Shown here: positions 43,249 to 54,826 of the stretch, piece by piece | Layout of the letters: every line of letters starts with the position of its first letter | Position numbering within the stretch: the first letter of the stretch is position 1 | NCBI GenBank assembly: GCA_965205425.1 | Contig: CBDBGZ010000008.1 | Span: 1-64,000 of the forward strand | DNA from: Nitrosopumilus sp. | GTDB lineage: Archaea > Thermoproteota > Nitrososphaeria > Nitrososphaerales > Nitrosopumilaceae | Reading direction: 5' to 3' | DNA: 64,000 bases | Made by a program: the position numbers and the translations under genes | Notes under the pieces: generated by a model | The model's input: only the letters and a program-made list of their open reading frames with translations | Told to the model about the DNA's origin: nothing | The model's database searches: none

Positions 43249-45447
43249 GAGACTTGGGCATAATGATTTACAAAAATAATTTCCAATATTTCTCTAGCAG
43301 CACAACATTCTCTTTACAGTTCTTGGATTCTCTGCACCAATTGCACAGTTGTAGTAAACTGTCAACTGATACACAAGAACACAAACCAACACAAATGATT
43401 TGACATTGTGCAATCCCTTTACAGGCAATACTCTGATGTCAAAAATATCTTTGAGATACTCAAATAGAGGTTCAATTGAGACTTTTCTATCTGCATACAG
43501 CTCTTGCCCAATTACAGAATTGTAAAACTCTACGAGTTTTATTCTCTCTGGCGGCGTATGCGGGTATTGTTTTATTGGAGTAATTAGTCTCAGATTTTTC
43601 TTGTTGCTAAATTGATGCAGTGAACCGTTGTCATATGCAGGATCACATAAGATATTCTCGACAAATCCTGCAAGAGATTCAGTTAGTATTTCATACATCT
43701 TGCCGTCATGAACATTTGCAGTTGAGACATCAGCAGACAATGGAACTATCAGTTTTCCAGTACTGCAACTCATATGCAGTTTGTACCCAAATATCCAACC
43801 CTTTGATTTTGAAAAACCCCATTTTGCATCTGTGTCAATTCCTGAGATTGGAATTCTATTCTTTTTCATATCTGACTTGTGCCATACTGGACCTACAGCT
43901 TTTAGCATGGAACTATCCACTGATGCAGATATGTCATCGACTAGTTTCTCTGATACAAACAGACTTTCCATATTACTGATTATATCACCAATTGGCAGAA
44001 CTTGGAATCTCCTGTCAATGGTTCTTCTGTTTGGGATTTGAGTTAGTCTGCAAACCTTGAGCAATTTATCATTGATACCTTTAGTCGAAAGGAAATAATG
44101 TAATGTATTGTTGCTTGGAATTCTCATCCAAGATTTTATGATGGACAGCTGTACCATTAGAATTGTAGAGTATACGTACGGTCTACCAAGTTTTCAGTAT
44201 CTCTTCATACAAAGACAACATTCCCACCAAATGTAACATACCAATAAGAAGTGATTCCGATAGAATCTTGTATCTTTTCCGGAAATTATTTCACCCCTTA
44301 ACTAGGAGAGCATCATTCCCATACTATCGTATGCGTGGGTATCGTGGCATACCTATGGTAAAGTTAGATGAGAATAAGATCAGGTGGATTATACAATCTA
44401 AAAATGAAAAAGTCAAGAATTTAGATATTTCAGTAATCCTCAAGATAACGCCTAGAAGAGTACAACAAGTCTACTCTCAGTACAAAAAAACCAAAAAGAT
44501 TCCCACACTCAAAAGACCAGGGCGTCCAAAAAAGCCAGTCACTGTACACGAGATAGAGCTAGTCAAACAAGTTCAAGAAAAATTTCATACAAACGCACTA
44601 TACCTTGAGAAAATCATATCAAAATTGTACAATACCAAGATAAACCACAATCGCATCCACAAGATTATGCTAGATGAAGGATTATCAGTTGAGCAACCAC
44701 GGAAAAAGATGAGAAGAAAGTGGATCAGGTATGAACGTGAATATTCAAATTCACTGTGGCATACTGACTGGCACACAATACATGATTCACGCTGGGCAGG
44801 AAAACAACTAATTGCATTTGAAGATGATGCCTCACGATTTATCACGGGTTTCGGAGTGTATGATGAGGCAACATCTGTGAATTCTTCTGAAGTACTATCT
44901 GATGCAATAAAGAATCACGGTAGACCAGCATCTGTACTATCTGATAATGGAAAACAGTTCACATCAAATGTCAATACTCTTGATCATAACAAGCCAGTAG
45001 ACTTTGAGCAGCAACTAATGAGACATCACGTAAAGCACTCTCGTACAAGAGTGAGACATCCACAAACAAATGGTAAGCTAGAAAAGTTCTGGGATATCTT
45101 TGAGTGTAAAATAGAATACTTTGAGTCAGTGGAGCAGTTTATGCATTGGTACAATCACATTAGAGTTCATGGCGCACTAGACTTGGATAACATGGAGACA
45201 CCATCTGATGCGTATCACTCCAAGATGATAACAAACGAAATACTCATAGACCCAAGCATTCTATGGAGGAATTACTCATGAAAGTGACACGAAATAATTT
45301 CTGGAAAGAACATCCGATAGAATCTTGTTAGGGATTTTCATTTGTTTTGACATTACAATGAACAAAACATGATAAGATCCTTAGCTTTTTCTATTTGAAT
45401 AATTTGAGAATTGACTCAAAAATTAGAATTAGTTATGCCCATGTCTC
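43249..45447 (-). mobile_element. IS5/IS982-like (DDE_Tnp_1) IS, disrupted by a nested IS481
   Basis: 15-bp TIRs GAGAC(T/A)TGGGCATAA; ORF 43294..44157 has VDSS, FGYKLH, DPAYD and IEPLF; 5' part of the gene lies beyond the nested IS. Confidence 0.85.
44271..45312 (+). mobile_element. IS481-family IS (type a), second copy, 15-bp TSD
   Basis: Near-identical to 30086-31127; TCCGATAGAATCTTG on both sides. Confidence 0.95.
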
Positions 45448-45452
45448 AATTA

Positions 45453-45572
45453 TTTACAAAAATAATAATTAAAAATTTCAGTTATTTTTTTCAATATGAA
45501 AAACACCTAATTTAACAGTAAAAGTCTCTAATTTAACAGGCAGTTGAAAAGATCCTGAGATTCAACAGTGTA
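45453..45572 (+). repeat. ~120-bp dispersed repeat
   Basis: Homologous to 21984-22102. Confidence 0.85.
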
Positions 45573-45587
45573 AAAAATGAAGAGGGA

Positions 45588-46505
45588 TTATGTATGAGAA
45601 CCACCTACAATTATTCTAGACCCCAATGTACTATCAAGTGATGCACGATTACTTGCATCAATTGATTCGGAATTTTGAATAACTTGGCAACTATTTCTCA
45701 TACCATCCACTGATGTATTTTCTGTATTTGAATCATAATGGATTTGAGTGCCGAAGATATTGGTATTAATTCTTTCAACAGATGTCATTTTAAAATATAC
45801 TTGATTGTGTTGTACACTTCTATCAAGGCATATTTTGGATTCAAATGTTATTGTACCACTAGGTGCTACAAACCATACTTCTACGTGAGAAGTTCCAGGA
45901 CCATAAGTAAGAGTCCTAATAGGGCAAGTTCCAGAGAAACCCCAGCCTGATGGATAACATGGAAAGAGTATTCCTGCTTGATTTGATAAACTGACATCAT
46001 TTGTATGAATGTCAGTAACTGTTGCAGCATACCCCTGTGTTTCAAATTCAGCTAATGCTTGATCGTATTTGTCAAAGTAGTATGATGGATTATCATGTAC
46101 TTTGTCTTCAGGACCAACACCAAATTCTTCTAGCTGGGAAAATATCTCATCATGTTGAATCTTTAATTCCTCAATTCTCTGCTCGTCATTTGTAGCGTGT
46201 ATCTGCAATGAAATTCTACTTGCCTCTACAAGTAATTCGTTTCTTGCAAGTTCATATGCACTTTGTGCTGTGATGAACTCATTTGCAGATTGTATGTAGG
46301 TTTCTTGTTGTTCTTCAGTCATATTTTGATAATCTTCATCAAGTTTCAAAAGATCAACATATACACCAACATCTCCTACAGGACCTACTCCATTTGCTTC
46401 TAGTTCTTCTCCGCCTGGTACCTCTTGTGCTGTAACATTACTCATTCCAGCTGGAATAAGTAATACAATTGCCAAGAGTGGTATTGTGTATTTGATTTTA
46501 TTCAT
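45588..46505 (-). CDS. Secreted protein with type-A leader
   Basis: MNKIKYTIPLLAIVLLIPAGM..QEVPGGEELEANGVGPVG, then a coiled coil and a Cys-containing beta-rich C-terminus. Confidence 0.8.
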   Translation of the reverse strand: MNKIKYTIPLLAIVLLIPAGMSNVTAQEVPGGEELEANGVGPVGDVGVYVDLLKLDEDYQNMTEEQQETYIQSANEFITAQSAYELARNELLVEASRISLQIHATNDEQRIEELKIQHDEIFSQLEEFGVGPEDKVHDNPSYYFDKYDQALAEFETQGYAATVTDIHTNDVSLSNQAGILFPCYPSGWGFSGTCPIRTLTYGPGTSHVEVWFVAPSGTITFESKICLDRSVQHNQVYFKMTSVERINTNIFGTQIHYDSNTENTSVDGMRNSCQVIQNSESIDASNRASLDSTLGSRIIVGGSHT

Positions 46506-46858
46506 GTTCTTAGGATCAAGGATTGTATACTAGATTAAAAGAGTGGCGATTAGAAGGAACTGGTAAGTTAACGAGAATTGAATAATTCTTTGAGGATTTG
46601 GAAATGTATTATAAACCATGAACTATCCAAAGTTAAATGTAAAGAATCTTATTTTTGCTTGGCACATATTTGACGTATGTATTCTTGAAGATCTGGGGAT
46701 ATAGAAATCTTCTTTCCATCTAGTATGACGTCGTTTTCTCGCATACGCGCTATCCTTTTTTGGAGATATGTTTTGGAGATTTTTGTGTGTGCACTAATCT
46801 GAGATGTAGTGTGAATTGCATCATGTACGGTACAGCACAAAGCAGACACATCGTAACC

Positions 46859-48195
46859 ATAACCATATGTGCCAAAATCAGCTAGGAAATTAGATGGTAC
46901 TTGCATTCGTATCAAGAAAGTAAGAAATGCAAACAAACACACTACCATTCCTGAAAAAAAATATTTGATGTTTGTAGGATTGGATGTTCACAAGAACTCT
47001 GTACAGGTGGCAGCAGTAGATGAGATTGGCAAATTGTTATTTAACAAAAAGATTTCCAGTGATTTTTCTGCTATTAGCAAAATTACATCCAAAATTCCAA
47101 AGAACGCAAAATATGTTTTAGAGTCATCATCTGTCTGGTATGGCCTTTATAGACACATGACAGACAAATTACATCTTGATGTTATACTATCTAATCCATA
47201 CAACACAAAGATAATAGCATCATCACTCAAAAAGACTGATAAAATTGATGCGTACCATCTTGCAAATTTGCTACGAGGAGGATACATTGCAGAATCATTT
47301 GTGCCAGATCACACAATTGTGCAATACAGACAGCTTGTAAGACATCGACACAAGATTGTGCGCATCATTGTAAAGATGAAGAATTCCATACATGGTATTA
47401 CACTACAGGAGGGAATCCATATCAAAGCAACACCATTTTCCTCAGAACACATACGTGCACTTGGAAAATTGGAGAGTTATAGAATAGATTCGTACCTACA
47501 AAGCATAAAATTTCACAAAAAGGAGGTTGCAAAAATAGATTCCATGATACGTCGCATGGTAAATGATAATCCTGACGTGTGTATTTTGACATCAATATCT
47601 GGAGTTGGACCATACACTGCATTGAGCATATTCTCAGAAATTGCAGAGATTAGTAGATTTTCAAATTCTCGCAAGTTATGTGCATATGCAGGGATTGTTC
47701 CATCGGTGAGAAATTCTGCAGATACAATACATCACGGAAGAATTACAAAGAGAGGAAGCACCATGCTAAGATGGTTGCTAGTGGAGGCAATTCATGCACA
47801 TGTTAGATGCGCACCAGATAGCGACATTACAAAATTTTACAATCGCATTAAGAAAAAGAGAGGGACCTCAAAGGCAGCAGTTGCTGCTGCATCAAAGTTA
47901 TTGCGTGTCATATATTGGATGCTAAAGGAGAGGAGAGAATTTATTCAATGTCATCAATAATTTGTAAAACATTACAGTTAGGAGTTTGGCCGCGTTTTCA
48001 CATTGAGGATGCATAATACCTCGAAACTATAACCGCGGTTTCACCTAATAAATGGATGAAGATGGTACTGAGGGAGATCCTCGAATAGATATGTGTCCGG
48101 TTTCATCTTTTGAAAATGAATGGGATCATCTCTAGCGGTAGCCATTCTCATGTGTTGCAAAAGAGTGCAAATGTTTTTAAAGATTTCACATAGAT
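46859..48195 (+). mobile_element. IS110-family element A (IS1111-like layout), intact
   Basis: Recombinase 46869..47960 (GLDVHK, LES, KTDKIDA, SVRNS); short left end, ~235-bp right end, subterminal ATGTG/CACAT. Confidence 0.9.
47976..48170 (+). ncRNA. Putative bridge RNA of IS110 element A
   Basis: Two stem/internal-loop/hairpin units (CCGCG..GAGG..CCTC..CGCGG and GATGAA..GAGG..CCTC..TTCATC); scaffold shared with 49310-49490; boundaries approximate. Confidence 0.65.
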
Positions 48196-49518
48196 ATGTG
48201 AATAAGAAGACAAGGAAATCAGATAGCATAAAAAATGAATCTAGTTCCAAGGTTCGTAAATACTCGGCTCCAAAAAAGATTACAAACAAACAGATTAGGA
48301 AGAAACCAAAGAAAGGCATGTTTGTGGGCATTGACCTGCACAAGAAGTTTCTTCAAGTAGCAATAATGGATGATGCAGGCAAAGTATTACAAAATGACAA
48401 AGTGGATAACACTCATGAATACATAAAAAAGCATTTTGCAAAAATACCAATTTCTGCAAATATTGTAATGGAATCCTCATCAGTCTGGTATGACACGTAT
48501 CGATTTCTCACAGATACTTTGGGATACAAAAACGTCACACTCTCAAACCCATATTTGACAAAAGCAATTGCTGCATCAAAAAAGAAAACAGACAAGATTG
48601 ATGCCAAGATATTGGCAGATCTTTTGCGAGGAGGATACATTGCCACATGTTATGTTCCAGACAAAAAGATTGTACAACAAAGACAGCTCGTAAGATATAG
48701 GAAAAAACTAATCCAATGGAGAACATCTGTCAAGAATTCAGTTCATGGAATATTGTTACAAGAAGGAATCAGGATTCCAGGAGTTACATTTACTGAAACA
48801 TACAACAGAAGACTCAAGGCACTAGGAGATTACAGAATAGACGGATTCTTGCAACAAATCAGCCACACCTTAATTTACAGATTGCAGAGATTAATTCCAA
48901 AGTGTATGCTGCTGTAAAAGTTAATCCTGATGCAATTTTAATAAACTCGATTCCAGGAATTGGGCATTATTCTTCGCTTGTCATTGCATCAGAGATTGCA
49001 GATATTGAAAGATTCAATGATTCTCACAAACTGTGTGCATATGCAGGAGTTGTACCATCAGTTAGAAACTCTGCAGATACAATACACCATGGCAGAATAA
49101 CAAAACGAGGAAGCATGACATTGAGATGGGTTCTAACCGAGTGTATACACACTCATGCAATACATGCCAAAGATAGTGACATTACAAAATTTTACAATCG
49201 CATTAAAAAGAAAAGAGGATCATCCAAAGCTGCAGTAGCTGGTGCATCAAAGATCCTGAGGGTGATTTATTGGATGTTAAAGGAGAGGAGAGAATTTGTA
49301 CAAAATTATAGTTAGGACTGCAAGTCGCGTTGTAATTATTGAGGGACAAGGCCTCGTTTGATAACTGCGAACAATCCTAACTAGGATGAAGATAGCATTG
49401 AGAGAATAGTCTCGTATGGATACATGTCTGCCATCTTTTGATTGAAACCATTCTCTAGCGAAAGCTATGCCCTGATGTATGGAAAGAGAGGAAATGTATA
49501 AAAACAATTCACATGGAT
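48196..49518 (+). mobile_element. IS110-family element B; recombinase frameshifted near 48865
   Basis: ORFs 48198(GTG)..48917 and 48902..49315; right end finishes TTCACATGGAT and abuts IS481 sequence. Confidence 0.9.
49310..49490 (+). ncRNA. Putative bridge RNA of IS110 element B
   Basis: AGTTAGGA..TCCTAACT outer stem; TCGCG..GAGG..CCTC..TGCGA; GAGA..TCTC second hairpin; boundaries approximate. Confidence 0.65.
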
Positions 49519-50281
49519 AATCACAGAGCAGATGGTACAGACTGTCCAGTCTACATTTGAAAAGTTCAGGTGTTCTGCAGTATTCTTGGAGAAAATAATT
49601 GATACTACTGGAACACACATACCTCACAATACCATACACAAAATTATGAGAGATGAAGGGTTGGCAGAAGCTCAGCCAAAGAAGAGGAGAAGACGAAAGT
49701 GGGTTAGATACGAGAGGACATATTCAAACTCCATGTGGCATACTGACTGGAAGAAGCTAGATGATGGCAGATGGTTCTTATGCTACCAGGATGACGCATC
49801 AAGGTTTATCGTCTCTCATGGAGTGTTTGCAGAAGCTACTACAGATAACGCACTTGTGGTATTACATGAGGCAATTGCAAAGCACGGTAGGCCTGCATCA
49901 ATTCTAACTGATCATGGCTCCCAGTTTTATGCAAACCAATCAGAATACAAGAGAAAAGGAGCATCACAGTTTGAGCAAGAACTGGTTAGACTTGGAATAA
50001 AACATATCATGGCAAGAGTGAATCATCCCCAGACAAATGGAAAGTTAGAAAGATTTCACGGCGAGATTCAGAGAAAGCAGAAATGGTTTGGCACCATTGA
50101 TGAGCTGGTCCACTGGTACAATCACATAAAGCCACACATGTCACTTGACTGGGATAATCTTGAGACTCCTGCAAAGGCATATGCAAGAAAGATGCCCGAG
50201 AAAGGAACAAGAGTTATTGATGAGCAGACAGGAGAAGAATACGATGTCAAATAAGGGACGAACTGATTTTGGGATACAACA
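49519..50281 (+). mobile_element. IS481-family (type b), 5'-truncated by IS110
   Basis: Near-identical to ~24386-25218 but lacking the 70-bp insertion. Confidence 0.9.
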
Positions 50282-50402
50282 AGGAAGCCACATGGATACA
50301 AATTATAAATAGAATCAATTTGTGTAGTATTAAAGTGACTGTGAATAATAAAATAAAGACTGTAATGTTTGCGGTTTTGATATTTTCAATGATTGTTATC
50401 GC

Positions 50403-51721
50403 CAGTAGATGGGAAAGTAACTCAAATTACACATTCTAGGAAATAATTATTTTTGTTATTTCTAAAGTAATGAATAATTATCTTTACAAAGAAATATTTG
50501 AGAATTTCAATTGATATTATTGGTTTGTGATTTTGTACATTAGTTTCTTCTGAGATAATCAAATTAGCAATTATCCATGCATTGTACAAAATCAATGAAT
50601 AGTAAAAATACAACAATCTTATGGATTGGTTTGAACTGGTGGTTTTTGGTCTGAACCTTCCCACACATGCATATCCTGTTTCAATTCCCCAACGTTTCTT
50701 GTAATCAGTTGGAATGTTTTGTATGTTATATGATATTTCTTTTGGTGAAACGTTTGTTGCAAACACAACATACTGATCAATAATATTTGATTTTTTTCTT
50801 GCATTTTTGTTTGGTAGAATAACTAGATTAAATGATTCTACATGTCCTGATGATGATTTTATTGTGTATGGCGAGATTGACTTTCTATCTCCATTAACGT
50901 ATTGTAAAATGGCATCTTTGATTCGAGAATTCTTTTTTGCAGGCATTAGAAATTTCAGATTCTTTTGTTTTATTTCTGAAATTGTTCCAGCTGTGAAAAA
51001 CTCCCTATCCACTAGCAATAGTTTAATCTTGATTCCATTATTGATGCCATCAGAGAGTAATTTACGCACAAAACCGGCATTTGATATGTTGTCATACAAA
51101 GGATAACAACCTAGTTGAGCCCTGATTCTTTTTTCAACGCACTGCATGGTGCAGTAACTCTCAAAATGAGTAGTACTGTTTTTTGATTTTGATTTTATTA
51201 AAGAATGGTTTGGCAATTTGTCATATCTTGGGATTAGATGTTTGTCAATTGCCACAGTAACTGGTTGCTCCAATACTCCCAATTCTTGTAATTTTGATAC
51301 TGTACTATCCAGTGAACGATGTAATTGAATTTGCATTGTTTTTTGTGATATTTTTGATATGATTTTTCTCAACCATGAACCAGTTGGAGAATGATTCTGG
51401 GATTCCATTGCCAGTCTCTTTAATCCAGATTCAGAATATGAATTTCCCAAACACAATGACATGATAGAATTATGTGCGTCTGCATTGTGGAACCGTGAGT
51501 TATTTTTACTAGAGCATGGAAACAACAAGATATTGTACATTATTTTAGTGATAATCTCAAATGCTTTAGATAGTATCACGCCTTGGTGTGTCATGGTATC
51601 AAATGAAGTACAATGCATATTTGATGGAGTGACATACTTTCATCAAGCTTTTTCTATCTGAATAGATTGATTGAATAATTGATAGTTTTTGATCTAAATT
51701 GAGTTACTTTCCCATCTACTG
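50403..51721 (-). mobile_element. ISH3-family IS, intact
   Basis: Perfect 21-bp TIR CAGTAGATGGGAAAGTAACTC; transposase 50422..51618 (AIDKH, VDREF, YKKRWGIETGY); no TSD. Confidence 0.95.
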
Positions 51722-51991
51722 AATGTACCAAAGGCCGTATCCATTGCAGAGAAAATTATTCCGCTAGATCAGAAACTGCGAAAGGAATACCTCAAGGCTT
51801 TAAGTAGATCTCCAAAGTCATCACATCTAAAATTATTAAAAAGAGTCAGAGCAGGATTACTCCAACAAAAAGTTACAATACAGTTGAATAAAGGAAATGC
51901 TAGAAAGTTACGAGGTTTGGCAATGAGAAAAGATGTAGAAGTTACTGAGATGGCAGATATTATACTGTCAAGTTATTTGAAGAGAAAGTGA
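51722..51991 (+). pseudogene. 3' part of a ParB-like HTH protein gene at the island boundary
   Basis: Nearly identical to 43081-43235 and continues to ..SSYLKRK*. Confidence 0.7.
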
Positions 51992-52053
51992 ATTTAGGCA
52001 CAAAACAAGCTATCTTCTGAAATAAAACAATATAAAATTATCGTCCACATTAA

Positions 52054-52287
52054 TTATTCGGGAACTATTACATTTAGTGTCATTGTACTTACTACTCTTG
52101 AGAGTTTTCTAATTGTTGCAATGACTTTTTCAAATTCATCTTGATTTTTTGTCTGAATTTCTGCAATTACATCATATGCCCCAAAAGTTAGATATGCGTT
52201 GGAAATATCTTGCATCTGTTTTAATTCATCTACAATGTATTCTTCAGCTCCTAGGTCACAATTTAATAAAATGAATCCTTTGTGCAT
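52054..52287 (-). CDS. Stand-alone Lrp/AsnC ligand-binding domain protein
   Basis: GFILLNC, TFGAYDVIAEI and STMTL. Confidence 0.9.
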   Translation of the reverse strand: MHKGFILLNCDLGAEEYIVDELKQMQDISNAYLTFGAYDVIAEIQTKNQDEFEKVIATIRKLSRVVSTMTLNVIVPE

Positions 52288-52337
52288 TGGTTTATCTTAA
52301 AATTAATACGCAGTTCGGGTCTTTAAGTTTTACAGTA

Positions 52338-53657
52338 TTACCATCTACTACGTCCGCCGTAGCTGTTTCTATTTCCATCTCTACCAATGCTTCTTCTTCT
52401 ACCGCCACGGTTATCTCTTGGATTTCCTCCCCCTCTTGAACCTCCGTATCCGCCAGAGCGCCCACCTCTAGAATAATTAGATCTTGATTGCCCTCCGTAT
52501 CTTCTTGATGGTGTTTGCCTTTTTAGTGGGTCTGGGATTGAAATTTGAATTCCCATTTCTTGATTTAAATCGGTAATTGGAACTTTGATTTGACGTTTGA
52601 CTAGATTCCAATCCCCTACTGATGAATATGAAACAAATGTTATTGCTCTTCCTTTTGCACCAGCTCTTGCTGTTCTTCCAATCCTGTGAAAGTATGCCAT
52701 CTCTTGATTTGGAACATCATAATTTACTACTAATTCTACCCTTGGAACATCAATTCCTCTTGATGCCACATCTGTTGCGACAAGAATATCTGCTTTACCG
52801 CTTCTGAATTTACCCATAGATTGTTCTCTTCTATGTTGCGACATGTCTCCTTCAATAGCTACTGCATTGTATTTTTCTTGATGGAGGAATTTAGCAACAT
52901 CTCTGGTTCTGTATTTTGTTGAACAAAATACGATGATTTGTCCTTTAATTGGCTTGATAAAGTCAATTAGATACTTGAATTTGTCTCTGTCTTTAATCAC
53001 TAAATATGATTGATCTATTCCTTCACCACTAAGATCATCTGCATCTAGCAAGAATTGTTTTGGATTGTTCAAATATTCTTCTGATAATCTTAAAATTTCT
53101 GTTGGCATTGTTGCTGAAAATAATGACATTACTCGCTCTTCTGGTGCTAAATCTAAAATGAATGAAATATCATCTACAAATCCCATATCTAACATGGTAT
53201 CTGCCTCATCAAGTACAATATGAGAAATGTCTCTAAGTTCAATTGAACCTCTTTTGAGATGATCAATTAATCTTCCTGGTGTGGCAACAACAATTTCAAC
53301 CCCTCTATGTAGTGCATCTAACTGAATGCCCATTCCTTGTCCGCCGTAAACTGTTGCTATTCTGATTCCTGTATGTTTTCCAAATTTTTTAATTTCATCA
53401 CTAATCTGCATGGCAAGTTCTCTAGTTGGTGCCATGATCAAACCTTGAATTCCTTGTTTTGGTTGAATTTCTTGTAGCATTGATAATGCAAATGCTGCAG
53501 TCTTTCCAGAACCTGTATGGGCTTGTCCTACAACATCTCTCCCTGAAAGTAATACTGGAATTACTGCTTCTTGAATTGGAAATGCTTCCTCAAAACCTTG
53601 GTCTGTAATTCCTTTCAGCACATCGTCGCTTAATCCTAAATCTTGAAATTTTGTCAT
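52338..53657 (-). CDS. DEAD-box RNA helicase with RGG tail
   Basis: Q motif, AHTGSGKT, PTREL, DEAD, SAT and HRIGRTAR; start taken at MTKFQ. Confidence 0.95.
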   Translation of the reverse strand: MTKFQDLGLSDDVLKGITDQGFEEAFPIQEAVIPVLLSGRDVVGQAHTGSGKTAAFALSMLQEIQPKQGIQGLIMAPTRELAMQISDEIKKFGKHTGIRIATVYGGQGMGIQLDALHRGVEIVVATPGRLIDHLKRGSIELRDISHIVLDEADTMLDMGFVDDISFILDLAPEERVMSLFSATMPTEILRLSEEYLNNPKQFLLDADDLSGEGIDQSYLVIKDRDKFKYLIDFIKPIKGQIIVFCSTKYRTRDVAKFLHQEKYNAVAIEGDMSQHRREQSMGKFRSGKADILVATDVASRGIDVPRVELVVNYDVPNQEMAYFHRIGRTARAGAKGRAITFVSYSSVGDWNLVKRQIKVPITDLNQEMGIQISIPDPLKRQTPSRRYGGQSRSNYSRGGRSGGYGGSRGGGNPRDNRGGRRRSIGRDGNRNSYGGRSRW

Positions 53658-53755
53658 TTTGTTTTTCTCTCTTTGGCAATGACGAAAAAGCTCATTGCCC
53701 ATTCGTCATTATTCTGATGCTTGATCACGATTGTGGTCTAATAAACGCTTGTTAT

Positions 53756-54565
53756 TTAAGCATCTAGTTGAGCATCAATTATTTTTTTGAAACTCTCAAA
53801 TGGTTGTGCTCCTTTTAATTCCACATATCCAATTTGATCATTTCCTACAAAAAATCCTGGAGTTCCAGATATACCATAATCTCTTCCATCGTCAAGATCT
53901 TTTCTAATTTCTGGAATGTGTTCTCCACTAGTAAGACATGAGTCAAATGATTCTTGATCTAATTGCATACTTGAAGCATATTGACTGAACAAAGATAATG
54001 CCTCTACTGTCTCTAATCTGTTCCATTCATTTTGTTTTTCAAATAATATGTCATGCATATCTTTGAAATTTCCTTGATCATTTGCACATTCTGCTGCAAC
54101 TGATGCTGGTAAAGCATTAGGGTGAATGCTTTGAATAGGGAAATCTCTGAAAACTAATTTCACTTTACCTTGTTCAATGTATTCGTCAAAAATTAATGGT
54201 AAAGTTTGAGTATGGAATCTTGCACAAAATGGGCATTGAAAATCTGAAAATTCAATTATTGTAATTGGTGCATCTTGATTTCCAAAAAATGGATCATCAT
54301 CTGCTGAAATTTTTACTAGCTCTGTTGGTTGATTTGTAGGTAATTGATTTTGTAGTAATTTTAGTTCTAGTTTGGCAATTGCTTTATCTAAATCATCACT
54401 AGAAATTTGTTCAGAATTCAAACTTGTCATATATGACCCTGCAAAGAATGCTGTAATTCCCACTAAAACAATTAGCCCAATTACCAATCCATTAAAAGTT
54501 GATTTTTTCACTGAAATTTCCTTATTGTTATTATTTTCATTAAAATCTGATTCTTCAGAACTCAT
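53756..54565 (-). CDS. Membrane-anchored DsbA-family oxidoreductase
   Basis: FSDFQCPFC, FRDFP and GTP. Confidence 0.9.
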   Translation of the reverse strand: MSSEESDFNENNNNKEISVKKSTFNGLVIGLIVLVGITAFFAGSYMTSLNSEQISSDDLDKAIAKLELKLLQNQLPTNQPTELVKISADDDPFFGNQDAPITIIEFSDFQCPFCARFHTQTLPLIFDEYIEQGKVKLVFRDFPIQSIHPNALPASVAAECANDQGNFKDMHDILFEKQNEWNRLETVEALSLFSQYASSMQLDQESFDSCLTSGEHIPEIRKDLDDGRDYGISGTPGFFVGNDQIGYVELKGAQPFESFKKIIDAQLDA

Positions 54566-54640
54566 TTTTTTAAATCAATTATTAGCTTACTTAATCGTAT
54601 TGCCAAATCTTAAGATTCTATACTTTTTGAAAATTTTAAA

Positions 54641-54714
54641 AGCCAATGACGGGATCTGAACCCATGACCTATTGATTACAAATCAATTGCTCTACCAGGC
54701 TGAGCTACATTGGC
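54641..54714 (-). tRNA. tRNA-Thr(TGT)
   Basis: GCCAATG/CATTGGC acceptor stem; ATTGA-TTTGTAA-TCAAT anticodon arm; GGTTCAGATCC T arm. Confidence 0.95.
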
Positions 54715-54826
54715 ACGAAGTAAAATGAAATTTTTGAAGGTTTAAAGTGTTACCTGTGGTTAATTTACAAATAATTTTTATTTAAAAATCGTCAAATTCA
54801 CCGTCAGTTTATAATATTGCCCCATT

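Noticed and set aside
48120..48197. N-terminal extension of ORF 48120..48917
   Set aside because: It lies within the non-coding right end of IS110 A; homologous recombinases start at the GTG at 48198
9000..52000. Casposon, provirus or conjugative element
   Set aside because: No Cas1, PolB, capsid, terminase, VirB4 or relaxase recognised; only an HNH gene and small ORFs at 40.3-41.5 kb hint at an MGE remnant
54641..54714. tRNA-Thr as the island attachment site
   Set aside because: Flanked by core genes; I saw no duplicated 3' fragment or integrase in the window
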